DNA from: Lobosporangium transversale
Lineage: Eukaryota
Assembly: GCF_002105155.1 (NCBI RefSeq)
Contig: NW_019028989.1
Coordinates: forward strand, 682,001-746,000
Reading direction: 5' to 3'
Length of the DNA: 64,000 nt
Under the pieces are notes generated by a model. It had not been told where the DNA came from. It saw only the letters and a program-made list of their open reading frames with translations, and did no database searches. This document shows positions 26,230-40,316 of the stretch, one piece after another. How positions within the stretch are numbered: position 1 is the stretch's first letter; every line of letters begins with the position of its first letter. The position numbers were made by a program, and so were the translations under genes.

Positions 26230-28976
26230 TCATCCTTCAACGGAAGTAGAGTTGGCCTTGTGTTTAGGATCAAAGCGGAATGCCTCAGGAGCTGGCCCTA
26301 AAATCATTTCACTCAGCTTAATCCAGTCCTTGACATCAGGAGAAGCCATCAGTGTCTCAAGGTCATTACGTCCAAAGAAAAGAGGCGGCCGATCATTCAT
26401 CTTTTGCGGAAGGACCTCAAGCAGGCCAACTGGGACATAGCGATGCAAAAAGCCTATGTAGGGTATAGCAATAATAACAGGACGATAACAACAGGTCAAC
26501 TGAATAAATCGATTCAATGACCGCTTCCAAAACTTTTATCAATGGATACATACTTTGCCACTCTAACAAAAAACGACGGGTTTGGTTAACGCCTTGAGTA
26601 TCGGAACCCCAGTGTTCTAGCCCATAATTACAAAATCTCTTCATCATATCGAAGCGCTCGCCAGAAGAAATGTCCCAGTCGCGGTTTGACTTTATCTCCT
26701 CAAAGATCCAGGGCTTCATCAATGCACCACGTGCAATCATGCATCCGTCCACATTGTGCTCCTTCATATGACGATAGTAATCTGAGGGTCCGAGGATATC
26801 TCCATTGCCAAAGAGTGGCATATAATCATCTGCACCTAGAGATCCACGATTGATTTTAGTACATTGGCTAATATAGTCCCAATCAGCTAACTTGGTGTAC
26901 CGTTGTTGTCGTGAGCGGCCATGAAGAGTACCAAGAGCCGCTCCAAAATCATAGAAAAGAGATGTCATAGTTTCGCCAATTGGCTTCTTGTCATGTACAG
27001 CCATCCTAAATTTGACTGTGACAGGAACATCCAGTACTGTCTTCATTCCCTTGATCATTCTCTTGATCTTATTGGGAGAGTTTAGTAGTCCACTTCCAGA
27101 GCCCTAGCAATGCAAAAAGAATAACGTTCATCAACTTTCGAGATCTAACTAGGGCAAATACACAATGTATAGTTATGTTCTAGCCACTGGATTTTTTACA
27201 TTGTTGTAAACAAGGTCGATCGGGCACCCCATGTTCAAATCAACAAAGTCTACATTAGCCACCTGGTTGATCATATCACAGGCTCTAACAACAACATCGA
27301 CCTTGTTACCAGTCAACTGCACGCCAAAAATGTCTTCGCTTTTGTGTCTTCTCAAAAGAGCCAGCTCTCCCTTTTGTCCCTGTACTAGATTTGAAGCCAT
27401 GGCCATCTCGCCACACGTGATGTCAACACCATATTCTTTGCAAATGCGTCGAAAAGGTAGGTTTCCAACCGTAGTGAGAGGTGCCAAGTATGTCTTGCCC
27501 CTAAAATCGATCTATGAATGATAGGACATTTAAGTTAAATATATTAGGTAAAAAACGATACGTCTGCTTGATATATGCTCATGCCGTATTGAGCATCACC
27601 TACCTTCTTCTTCTCGCATGGGCGTAATGGAACATCAGGCGTGTCGGCAAGTGTAGGACCATCTATAGCAGTTGATGTTGTAATACTCTTGATATTTCTG
27701 CCTTCCAAATCTAAATCCTGATCCGATATAATCGTCTCTGTTTCTTTAGTAGCTGTGTTGGACGGGGACAGCGTCTCATTGCTACTAATTTTATCTACTA
27801 TTTGCTCTTCAGACTTATTTGGCGCATTTTGTGCAATCTCCTCTGCCATTTTCTTGACATATGCCTCTGATCGTGAAAAATCGAACTAAATATAAAATAT
27901 TATAATAACAATTAATAATTGCGAACATCTCTTGAAGAGTATGTCAATATCAGTTCAGCCATTTGTAGCGGATGGCATTTTACATACGTTGAAAGATCGG
28001 AGCTTAAGAGTAAGATCATGAGTGAAGACATTGAGAGACTGGGGTTCATATTTAGCGATTTTTTCTTTATCCTTAATAAGTTTCCCGTCTGCGTCTAGAT
28101 GAGCGCTCAAATATCTGCATTTATATCCGTAGTGACAGCTAATCCACAATGTAAGGACGAAGCCTTGTGTTAAAAAAGGGAAAAGGATTAACTTGATAAA
28201 ACATATTATGCGCTAAATGGGACATTAAAATGACCTATTATAGCAAATCAATAAGACGTACTCTCCAGTCAGTTCATAGTTAGGGCAACGGTCACCTAGA
28301 TCCTTCCCTTTTGCTTCCAGATACTTTTGAACATTATGATTAAACTTGCAGCTATAGTGTAAAATCATCCACGGAGCAGAGTACCAGTTAGAAAATATAC
28401 ACCTGGTATCATTTCATTTGCAACACTAATGTATGGGCAATACCTATCGCCTTTATCGCATTCCTCGCCTCTTGCAACTTTAAAGCAGATCTGAACCTCA
28501 TCTTCGATGCGACGTGTAACAACTCGATCCTGAGTTTGCCCTCCACGCTTCTTCTTATTATTCTTGACATGCTTCTAAAATATTCGATGAAGAGAAAATA
28601 TAGTGTTAACACATTGATCAATGAAAGAAGCCATACCTTTCGGTGGCCTTTTAGGCAAAATAAAATGAAATGAAAATAAATAATAATAATAGATAACAAT
28701 AATTACATCTTTACGGCTTCGCTTGTTATTATCATTCTTAGTATCCTCGTCTTCTTTTAAGCTATTATTGTCACCCTCTCCAGTTCGTCCCTCATCGCCT
28801 TCTTTCTCGACCGTTTCACTTAAGGAAGCTATGGTTTCCTCCTGCTGAACTGCCGCTGCTTTGGGGCGAATATACTGGGGTTTTATGGGTGAAATTCCCT
28901 TTTGATAGGTTGTACTTGAGGAAGATTCATCTTCATTCAACATGGTTGCTGTCGGTGCAGGGTTTTCAGAAGACAT
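26230..28976 (-). CDS. DUS3: tRNA-dihydrouridine(47) synthase Dus3 (multi-exon)
   Basis: [99 protein letters not shown]-terminal CCCH fingers. Confidence 0.95.
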
Positions 28977-29523
28977 GTCTGTTGCCTGTCTGTCGTGAAG
29001 AATTATAATGGTACATCAGACAGTTGAAAAGCCCGACGTTATCCTCAAATAAGCAGTCATTTCTGTTGATCCGCGAAAAAAAAAAAAAAAAAAAAAAAAA
29101 AGCAGCACATGCGATGCTAGTCTACCTTCTTTTATTTCACAGCATATTAAGCTTTTTTTTTTTCTGCGAGCTTTTGCTAATGAAGCTTCCTCCCTGAGTT
29201 AATCAGAGAAATGGTTGGTGACGTGAAAGAACAGAGCCAAAGATGCATCAAACGGGCTCTACTCTCTTTTCCGAGATGAACTTGGCTAGAGCTTTGTTAG
29301 CTTTTTTTTACATCTATTTTTCTCTGTTGCATCGCATTCAATATACCTCTCAGAAAGCTTTTATTGAACGAGCCATTGACATACTTTATAGCGGTATGTA
29401 ACCCCTACAAACGCATTTATCCCATCTAAAGGAAGACTGCTTTCTAATAATGCCATTCAAAATACTAATTCTTTGAAAATTGATAGTCTTGACCTATACA
29501 AGAAAAAAGGAAGGCAGTATCCA

Positions 29524-32500
29524 ATGTTTGGTTCTACGTTGACTTCATCACGAGGCGTCCTCTTGCCATCAAAGGCTCTTAAGCTCTTCAATCTTTACAT
29601 GGAGGATACTCGGAGAATAGACAATGACCATGCCATCCTCATGGAGCTGTGTCTCGATGCAGACTTTGCGCTGTCTCGAATTGGGCGATCGGAGAGAAAG
29701 AATCTGGCCTCTTCAGGTTCCATTGAAGACAAGATGCTTTATCAAAGTATCGGCTCGGCCCATTATGAAGTTGCTCGCTTATTCGAACGTTTGGGTCGCT
29801 CAAATGATGCCAAGAAGAGCGACATAAAAGCAGAGAAATGGGGATATGTCCCAGGAAGCAGCAATATATGTCAACAACCATCACGATTCGGTAGCTTTAC
29901 TAACAATAACAACAACAACAATAATATCAATGCTAAGCAGGAGAGCGGCGGCAACAGCATCAGCAAATTGAAGGAGATGAATAAAGCAACAAAATTTGAA
30001 ACGACACACAGCATCGCAGTTATTCCCTCAGATATTTTTGACCGCGACGTAACTCAAGCGACCTTCAAGTGTAACCTGCCAGATCCAGATACTCCATTAA
30101 ATAATACCCAGCAGCTAGCCTACTGTCTCACTTTGCTTTCGACTGCACAACAACCACTAAAGGATCTTACAGCTCAGGAGCAAGAGTGGTCTTCGGCCAC
30201 ATCGAAAGATCAAGATGAGAACGCTAGACTTTATAACTTGGCTTCAGATGTAATTGCAGTGTTCATCGAGGATGATATCAAGACTGAGGCTGCTGTTGCT
30301 GAGGTCGTGATGCTGGCTCCAGTTCTCAAGCATGAACAATATAGGAAAGTGCTCATGACCTTGGTCAATGGAATCAGCCAGAATATCATGCTGGCGACTT
30401 ACTTGCTTGAAGGGTTGGCTCAGCTGATTCAGCATGCTTCTCCTGGATACCTCGACTCTGATGATCTGGTCAATATCCTCAACACTCTCAATTCTCGCTT
30501 ACAGGGAACGCACATGGAGTCCAGCAGCCATATCTATCGGCTTTGTGTTACAGTCTCACATGTGCTTGATGCCATGATAAACAATCAGGTTAAGGGTCTA
30601 AAACGGGAACAGCTCCATGAGCCATTAGCAGCCTACTTGAAAGAACTAAAAGGCAGCTCAGATCCTCATCTGGTATACCATGCAGCCTATGCTTTCCAAG
30701 CTCTGCTATATATCCCAAATGATGAGTCATCAATGCAGGCCATGCTTCGACGTACATCAGCAGTGGCTCGAGGAGTATTTGGACTAGTGAGTGCAGTCAA
30801 AGAATTAAATCTAAATGACTTTATGGATGAACTAGCCAATATTCAGAATGAGCTTCATTATGTAACAGACATTGTTGATAAGAGTCTGGATGTGTACAAA
30901 GGCGCGGTTTCACTATACGAGAGTGGAGCGGCATTCAAACAGGATATGGAAGAAGGGCTCAGCTTTAACCGCAAGACTGCATGGTATCCAGCGCTCCGCG
31001 GAGCTGATGCACTCCTCCAGACTGGCGAGTTCACCAAGTTCAAGACTCTTGTGTGTGAAACATCCTGTCGAAATGATACAGCATTCCAATGGGGACTATG
31101 CCAGCGGTTAGGACAGATTGCAGCCAATCCACAATGGGACCTGAAGGTTCGACAAGATGCCATCGCATTCCTTGGAGAGATGTACAAGAATGACAAGGAT
31201 TGGGGCCAACATGTGAAGATCAAACAATGGATTGTAACTATACTGAAGGGATTGACCTCGTTACCAATCGATGGTCTACAAGGTATGTAGATATGATATG
31301 GTGTCTCCGTCATCATTGAGTCGGTTATGAGAAGCGAAGATACTGATGCTGATGGTATATTATCTATATACATTTCATTGTAGTTGTAGAGTCACTCCTG
31401 CATGATCTTGCTACGGATGGAGATACCAACAAGCAACAGCTCTTCAGCAATTGCTCTCAAGAGGCAATAAGACAATACCCTTTTATTGTCGCTCTGCCTC
31501 CGCCTGCATCTCCATCATTGATTAATCGTGCACAGAATAGGCCCGATGTGGAAAAGAGTCTGCGTCTACTCATGCGACAGCGGATGGCGAACAGAGATGA
31601 TAAATACTTTTACATTCAACAATATGCCAAAGCCAGTCCACAAGCGAATGACGACGACTCGTTCTTGCTGATGGACAAGGTGAATGAGTTCCTGGACAGC
31701 GATCAGAAAGTTCTACTTATCCAAGGTGATTCAGGGGCAGGCAAGTCGACATTCAACCACGCTCTAGAGCACACTCTGTGGGAAGCATATCAAAAGAACC
31801 ATGATCGAATCCCACTATTCATCAATCTACCAGCCATCGATGACCCATCCAAGGATGTGGTCACAAAACAGCTGCGAATGTATGATTTCACCAAGGAGGA
31901 GATCAAGGAACTGAAGATGACCCGGTCATTCATCTTGATTTGTGATGGGTATGATGAGGCTATGCAGACTAATAATCTGTATTTCACCAACCACCTCAAT
32001 CAGCCTGGTGGGTGGAAGTGTCAGATGGTGATCAGTTGTCGTAGTGAATATCTTGGAAATGATTATCGAAGCCGCTTCCAGCCTATGAACCGCAATTACC
32101 AAGTAAACGCAGAGTTGTTCCAAGAGGCTGTGATTGTACCATTCTCTGAGGCTCAGATCGATGACTATATCAAGCAATATGTCGCAACAATGGACATACT
32201 GTGGGGTGCAGAAGACTATCTGCGTGCACTTAAGATGGTCCCTAGTCTACGAGAACTTGTGAAGAATCCATTCATACTATTGATGACGCTAGAAGTATTG
32301 CCACGAATGGTAGATCCGGATCAAGATATCTCCAAAACGCAAATCAAGCGCGTCACGCTGTATGACCAATTCGTTGAGCTGTGGTTTGAGCGAGGCAAGA
32401 AGCGATTAGGCGAGATATCGATGCCAGAGGATAGGAAAATGTTCAGAATACTATGCGATGAAGGGTTCGCACAAAATGGGATCTTGTACTTGAAAGAGCT

Positions 32501-35500
32501 TGCTGTGGCAGTCTACAAGAATCAAGATGGCAATCCAGTGGTGGATTACTCCCCATCCAAGGATAGGAGTACATGGAAAGAGGAGTACTTTAGCAGAGAT
32601 AGCAGGAATAATCTCCTGCGAGAAGCATCACCTATGAGCCGCACAGGTGGCCAGTACCGGTTTGTGCATCGGTCTATTCTGGAATACTGTGTGGTACGAG
32701 CGATGTTTGAACCACAGAAAGTGACAAAAATGAACGCTATTGATACAGAAGCAACAGCGATACCGAATTCCCGCCGAAGGAGCATCAGCTCTGTATTCAG
32801 TTTTGAGGCGGAAGAGAGCCAAGCAGTTGAGCAGGCAGCAGATCCAGCCGAAGCGAATGAGACCTCGCCTTTGGTGTGGAGAAGCTTTGTGAATGAGCCA
32901 TCGATTCTTGAGTTCCTGAAAGACCGAGTTGGAATGGAAGCAAAGTTCAAACGGCAGCTATATGAGTATGTTGAACTGTCGAAGAGCGACAAGCAATGGC
33001 GGACAGCAGCAGCAAACGCAATGACGATCTTAGTCCGAGCAGGAGAGTCGTTTATTGAAGCAGACTTGCGAGGCATCCAGATCCCAGGAGCCGACCTTAG
33101 CCATGGAATATTCGATGGAGTTCAACTACAAGGAGCAGATTTGAGGAATGTCAACCTTCGTAGCTGTTGGCTTCATAACGCAGACTTGAATGGAGCAAAG
33201 ATGGCAGGTGTACAGTTTGGAGAATGGCCACTTCTTCATGCAGGAGGGAAGATACTCCAGGTATCATATTCGCCTGATGGTCAGACATTAGCTGCAGCTG
33301 TGTACGATTATGATACCGATGAGTATTATGTCAGGATCTATAATACGTTGACATGGGAGAGGTGTATGAATTTGGGGACGGAAGAATACGGCCAGAACTT
33401 TATCTACTCCCCAGACAGTCGACACATTGCCATATGGCATAAGGAGAAGAGTGCGGTTCTTGTGTTCGATGCAACATTAGGCACAGTAGTTCATAGGTTC
33501 GAGGGTCATACAGATGTTATCTGCTCAGTAGCATACTCTCCAAATGGTGATTATCTCGCCTCAGCTAGCAAGGATGGATCAGTGCATGTGTGGGATGCCA
33601 GGTCTGGAATGACCCAATACATAATAGAGGCTCATGCTAGTAAGGTAGCAAGCCTGGTGTATTCACCTGATGGAAAGCAGATTGCAACTGGAGGTGAAGA
33701 CAAGGCGGTACGGTTATGGGATGCTGCATCAGGGAAGCTGATGCTAATGCTTCAAGTCTATAGTTCGCAAGTTTTGCAAATCGTATATTCACCTAATGGT
33801 CAGGAAATCATCACTCGCTATGAGGCCCGTAAATCATTGGATGTATGGGATGCTAGATCTGGTCAGAAGAAATGGGCCCTAGAGCATAAGGGCGATGTTG
33901 ACGGCGTTCAATATCCTCCTGATGGAAAATACGTCGCTTCATTCTCCAAGAATACAGCATTTCAGTGGGATATGCAAACAAGGGAAATCATTCATACTCT
34001 TACTGGTACTTCCAGTACCATTAATGGCTTGAAATATTCGCCAAATGGAGAACAGATTGCCACTTACGGCAAAACAGTGCGACTTTGGGATGCTCGATCA
34101 GGACAGCTGGTCAACACATTTTGTGCCCATTTTATTAATGTAAGGGGTATGGCATACCCACCAAACGGCTCTCAGGCTGCATCATTCGGTGAAGATGGGA
34201 CGATACGGCTGTGGGACACACAATCACAGCAATCCAACCACGATCAATATGGCCATACAGATATCATTAGACAAGTGAGGTTCTCACCGAATGGTCAGCA
34301 TATGGCCTCATTCAGCAGGGACGGTACAGTGCGTATGTGGAATGTTCGAACAGGACAGTGTATCCATGTCTTACAAAGCCGAGCAAAGGACATTAAGTAT
34401 TCGCCTAGCGGCCAGCTGCTCGTATCTATCGATCCCTTAGTTGATCCCATTTACTATTGGGACACTGAATCAAGCCAGATTATTCAAGTCTTACGCTCGC
34501 AACACCAAAGCGGAGGCATCAATGCCTTTGATATTTCACTCATTGGCCAACAAATTGCTTGTGGCCATGGAAAGGGGAACGTGACTGTATGGGACGCGCG
34601 AACAGGACAGCTCATACATACTCTGCAAGGGGGTAGATATCTTGTGCGTTCTGTGCTATTCTCGCCTAATGGTCATCAGATTGCTTCTTATGATAACAAC
34701 AGTAGGATCAGAGTCTGGATGGTGCACTCAGGAGAGCTCCGGTATGAATTAGAAGCCATGGGACTGGATAAGCCTTATTTGGTTTACTCGCCTGACAGTC
34801 AGAAGATAGCATTTGTTCAAGACTACAAAAAGCTACAAGTACGGAATGCGGAAACAGGCGAGCTCTGCCACGAAACAATCTTCGATGGTATTCCACCACA
34901 GATAGCATTTTCGCCATCCGGTCGACTGGTAGTTGTTGGAAGTGCAAAAGGGCCAATTAATATGATGGATACTGAGACAGGGACTGTGCTACATACGCTC
35001 GAAGGGCATACCAACTGCACAGTCAGCATATCTTATTCTTGCGATGGCCAGTACATTGCCTCAAGCAGTGAAGACGCGACTGTACGACTGTGGGATACAG
35101 AGTCAAGCCGGTGCTTGGCTACTATCCCAATCGCAGCTGGATATGTTCATACCCTTGGATGGAGTATTTCCGAGGAGGATTACTTTCTGGCGACAGGACA
35201 TGGTGATGGCTGTATTCGGATGTGGCAAATTGTCAAGAGTAAGGATGGCCAATGTCATACCCGCTTGAAGTGGAGCACAAAGCAAACAGTTCTATGCGCT
35301 ACAGGAGCAAGCATTCGAGATGTAGCGGGCTTGAGTCAAGCTAATAGAAAGCTTTTGGAACAACTTGAGGCTGTTGGTGATCCAACACAGTGTCCGACTT
35401 CCCAAGCATCAAATCATGAGACAAAAGCAGTGCCATCTACGCCATCTGAGCTGGGAAGCGACGTTTTGAGTACGATATCAAAGAGGAGCAATTCTAGAGC

Positions 35501-35675
35501 AGGGCTATTAATCGCTAAAAGTGAAGGAATCAAAGAATATCAATTTATTTGCAGCAAATGTAATGAATGCAACGAGTGCGATGTTGCGCATTTTATCTTA
35601 TGTGGCTCATACGACAGTATCGATAGCACTGATCTGCACAAGGTGAAGAGCGCACATATCGATCTAATAGAGTGA
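29524..35675 (+). CDS. NLR-like STAND protein: Arm-like N-terminus, NACHT, pentapeptide repeats, WD40 repeats (intron ~31283-31383)
   Basis: Walker A GDSGAGKST, Walker B LICDGYDE, ISCRSEYL, FVHRSILEY, ADLRGIQIPGADLS pentapeptides, many GH..YSP.G...A....D..VRLWD repeats. Confidence 0.93.
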
Positions 35676-36456
35676 AAATACCCTACTCTTCCATTGCTCT
35701 TTCTTTATTTCACTTGAAATAAAAGCCGCATAATCTACTTGCCGAGTTGAAACTCCTTGGCGTCTTGTCTTTTCTAACGACATGAGTGATATAAATAGCC
35801 TGTGACAAGTTCTGTTATTTCTAGCATAGATGCAGTAATTGAAAGGTAATCTAAGACGAGGGTAGACTAAGCATTCGTTTGGGTTCGTAGGTGGGTGATT
35901 GGTTATTGATCATGAATTGTGAAGGGATGGTGTCTCCCACCTAGTCATACATTGGGGAGGAAGCGAATGTTCTCGCTGACTATCACATGTATCATCAAGA
36001 GTGGTCTTCTCTTTTCAAGTTTCATTTACTGGATTTTTAATTTTTTTATTCTGGTACTGTGATTTGAACATCCATTGAAACCAACGCATTTAGTATCGTC
36101 CCTTGCAGTTCATTTTTTACACCCCAGAACATCTCGGTGAAACCCAGTTCGCGGTGGACTTTAGGAGCCATATCAGCTGTACTCTAAAATACATGAAGCG
36201 CAACATCCATTTCTACCATGGGAATGGCCGTCTGCCCCGAAGCTCGTACGGAACATTAAAACATCAAGTTGTTACGGAGAAGTGAATCAAGGACTTTGTT
36301 CCACCTGATCCTCACTGTGATGCGCACTTTAAGATGAGCCATGAAATGAATGGTGATTGAAATGTGCTTTGACACTTTATAAACAATGTGACTGTTACCG
36401 AAATAAGTTCTTTATCTGTTGCAAGCGCACTCATTCAACTTCCAAAAGGACCCGTC

Positions 36457-37444
36457 ATGCTTGCATCAGTTCTAAGAAGAGCAACAGTGAGACACTTATC
36501 AGGAACGGCAGCAGCGCTCCCAAATGTATCTTCACGAATGCGTGTGGCTACTACGAGGCTGTCTGTCGCTTTGGTCCATTCACGAAATATCACGTCAAAT
36601 AGTACTAGTTCTCAGCAACAGCAACAGCAACAACCACAGTCTGCAGCGGCACGCCAGTTTATTGAAGGTCTTCGTCAAAAGAATATCCCATCTCCAGGAT
36701 CAAATGAAGACGCAGCTGGCGCTATATCAGGTTTCATGAATATGTTCAATGATAAGGAGTCTAAGACTGTTACGATCACTGCCTGTACAAAGCATGGTTT
36801 CGTCACCACAGAAGCCATTACTCTACAAGGGCCTGTACTTTGTATTGGCGGACAAGTTTTCCTATGGGATATCTTCAAAGAATCCGGAGCAATAGCACAG
36901 TCACTGGAAAAGAGCTCCGATTCTGCACAAAAATTAAATTCCTCCCAGCGATCCATCTTTGAAACCATAGATGAAAAAACTGCACAGGAGATCTTTAAAA
37001 TATTTGAGTTAATGAATCCTCGGCCAGGTAATACAGACTGATATACCCCTAGAAAGGCAATATACGTAAGATTAGTATATGGTGGAAGAAGACGACTAAT
37101 TCTTTTTATTCTTCACTTCTTATAGAGATCTTAGTCATTGGGACTGGAAAGGCTTTCGCGCCATTAAGCCCAGCTATTCGGTCTGTGATCCGTAATTTAG
37201 GAATACAAGTTGATATGATGAGCACAGTAAGTCTGAGGCTAAGGGCCATTGGGTATATGCCTAAAGGTAAACATGATTAAAAGTTAATACAGTGCTCTGA
37301 CCATCTGCTTACTCCCTTCCTATTTGGTTTTAGGCCAATGCGGCGGCGACTTACAATATGCTGGCAGAAGAGGGTCGTGACGTTGCTGCTGCTCTCTTAC
37401 CATTGGAACCTTCAACAGTTCAAATTGTCCATGGTAGTCAATAA
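36457..37444 (+). CDS. Mth938-domain protein (NDUFAF3-like complex I assembly factor), 3 exons
   Basis: Mitochondrial-presequence-like N-terminus; FELMNPRP|EILVIGTG..LGIQVDMMST|ANAAATYNMLAEEGRDVAAALLP. Confidence 0.85.
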
Positions 37445-37477
37445 TCTATTTATTTATTATTTTTTTTTTTTTTCAAA

Positions 37478-37602
<125 letters not shown>

Positions 37603-37719
37603 TATACTCGTTCCGCTATTTGGATCTTTGTATCATGACCATTCTATCTTTTATACAGTTAAGGCGTGTCTATGTCTACAAGTACATGCATGTGTTTAAT
37701 ATTTCTGAATTATCTTCTC

Positions 37720-39713
37720 TCAAGTCCTTTTGCTCTCTGAATCAACAGTTGGCTCATGGTTGGGCATATTCTCAAGCAATATAACGCTGGCTCTCTCTTG
37801 TGAATCTGCTACCTCACCAAATGGACCCTGTTGAAGCTTGAGGCTCCGAATTTGATGTTGTTCACAGTCAAAAGTGCCTATGGCTCTCATATGGTCCCGA
37901 CAGCAGTGTTTACATCGTTGATGCACACATTTTAATGAGTAAGAATGATGACAGGCGCCACTCAGGCAAAGGTTGTACACGGGCTTTATCTTCTTAACCC
38001 TTTTGTTTGATATGATTGAATTAATATCCTGTGCTTGATCTGACTCTGTTGCAGCGGTAATAATACTGAGCTCATCCTTGTGCTGTTCCGTAGTCATTAT
38101 GTCTACCTTGCCACTAGCTATCATCGTTGTGCCTAGTACCTCCTGTTCGTTGTTGCTCTTGCATTTCTGTTGCTGCTGCTGTTGTTGCTGCTCAGGCCTA
38201 ATATACGGCTGGACGAACCAGTGGGGCAGAGTTGGGAAACCTTGGTTATCAGCTTGGTCTTTAGAGTCTCCTCTAGTCGAACGTGATGCCTCTGCATCCG
38301 CCATAAGCCTTGCTTTCAATTTCTTCGTAACTGCCCACATTTGCTCGTTGCTCTCTGCCAGTCCGAGCTCCGATCTGAGATCTGTATGAACTAATAGACT
38401 GGTTCTGAAGATCTTGAACAAATGCCCACGAATATGTGCTAGTTTGGTTTCAACTTGATCACAGATAGTCAGGTACTCTTCAGCAAGCTTCCAAGCTTCT
38501 AAATGTCCTGGCTGAAATATACCAGGATTGTATAGGTTTCCTTCTGCTGTCATGACTCCAGCACATCCTGTTTTCTCAAGGCACTTAGCAAGGTCTTCAT
38601 GATAGAGGATGTTACCGTTGGCAATGACAGGCACTAAATCCCCAACGGCCTCTTGAACGAGTCGAATCTTTTCCCAATCTGCTATTCCAGTCAAATGGCC
38701 TTTCATCTCACGCAAACGACCATGGACAACGAGCATCTGTGCACCTGATTCTACAACCATCTTTGCGTACTCGATAGTCTTTTCTACCTCAGGGAAGACT
38801 CGAATCTTTGCTGTGACAGGAATGGGAAGGTGCCTGTGAAGTGTTGAGATGAGAGATGATATCAGGGGCCAATCTTCCATAAGAAACGAGCCGTAATGTC
38901 CACGTCTGGCGATGTGCTGTGGACATCCTAGATTAAGATCAACAGCATCACAATATGGTGCCACCATCAGTGCAGCTTGAAGTAAACATTCTGGATCGTT
39001 TGCACAAAACTAAAATTCAGGAACAAAAAAAAAATTTTTTTTCAAGATCAATGAAATGTAATCAAACTGTATACATGAAGCATAAACATTTTTTTTTTTT
39101 CCTTTACCTGTGCAATCAACGGTCTATCATTAAGTCCTCCACCTTCAAGACCTTCTTCGAGCCCAGTCCATTGCTCATCTCTGTAACGTTTATTTTCAAT
39201 AAACAGTTTGGCGTTGAACATGGGTGTATAACACAGATCAGCATTGTATCTACGACTGAGGATCCGCCACGCTAGTTCTGACTGATCGACCATTGGTGCA
39301 ACTATGTATTTGGGTGATCCGATGGATCTGTAGAATTCCCATCCGGATAGTTTCGGAGGGAAGGAATGCTCGGCTCTACATTTGGCTGCTGCTGCTAGGT
39401 TACGCTGTTCAGCCTGGTTCTTTATGGGGTTGATCATCAAATCGGTGTAATACTGAAGATGAGGAAACTTCTTGAACATTTTTTGTCGATGGCCATCAAG
39501 GTGTGTAGAAGTGAGAGGCTTTGGATAAGACCGATGTGATGTTACTGGTGTTGCCGGTATTGATTCTGATGGAGACGAAGAGGCAGGGGTATATGAGGGA
39601 GTGAAGAAGGACGAGAGGATGGCTGCATTATGAGAGGCAGAAGTGGAGATGTATTTCGGAGTTGAGAGGACAGAAGAGAACGTTCTGCCAGACAGCAGAG
39701 TAGCAAGTCGCAT
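37720..39713 (-). CDS. DUS1: tRNA-dihydrouridine(16/17) synthase Dus1 (2 exons)
   Basis: [74 protein letters not shown]-terminal Cys-rich CHH..C..QRCKHCC. Confidence 0.93.
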
Positions 39714-39765
39714 TATAAAAAAAAAACACAAAGTGAAAGGGGGGAAGAGAAATGAGAAAGAAAGG

Positions 39766-39804
<39 letters not shown>

Positions 39805-40316
39805 AATAAAGGGTGACTGTGGCCATTATGAAAGAAAGCACAGACAGAACTTACCCCTGGGCGAGTGACATGCCCCCAATTATAGGTCACAATTGCATTG
39901 CTCTCTGTCTCTTTCATTCATCTATTCATCCTCTTCATCCTCTTCATCTGATCTGTGTTCAACCGCATCAAACCATCACCCAAAATATAAACTGCTCATC
40001 AACTAATGAAGAAGACTTGGCACATATTTGTCAAGCTGTAAACACTCTATCAGTCCAAGTGCGCGTTTATAATAGTAGACTGTTGCTCTTTCCTTCTTAC
40101 AACTCAAAGCATAAGGTAAAATGGAGCGCCATGTTTTTGCAGACAACACAAGCCAATCCAAGTGCAGGTGAAAGCTTCATACTTGTATGGATCAGATACT
40201 GCAGATACTGTCTTCCTTAGTTGATACTGACCAAGAGTAAATTGACCATTTGGTTTTTTTTTTTGAATTCTGTCTGGCTGTTAGATTGAAATTAACGGAG
40301 CAATTGATTGTACGTT

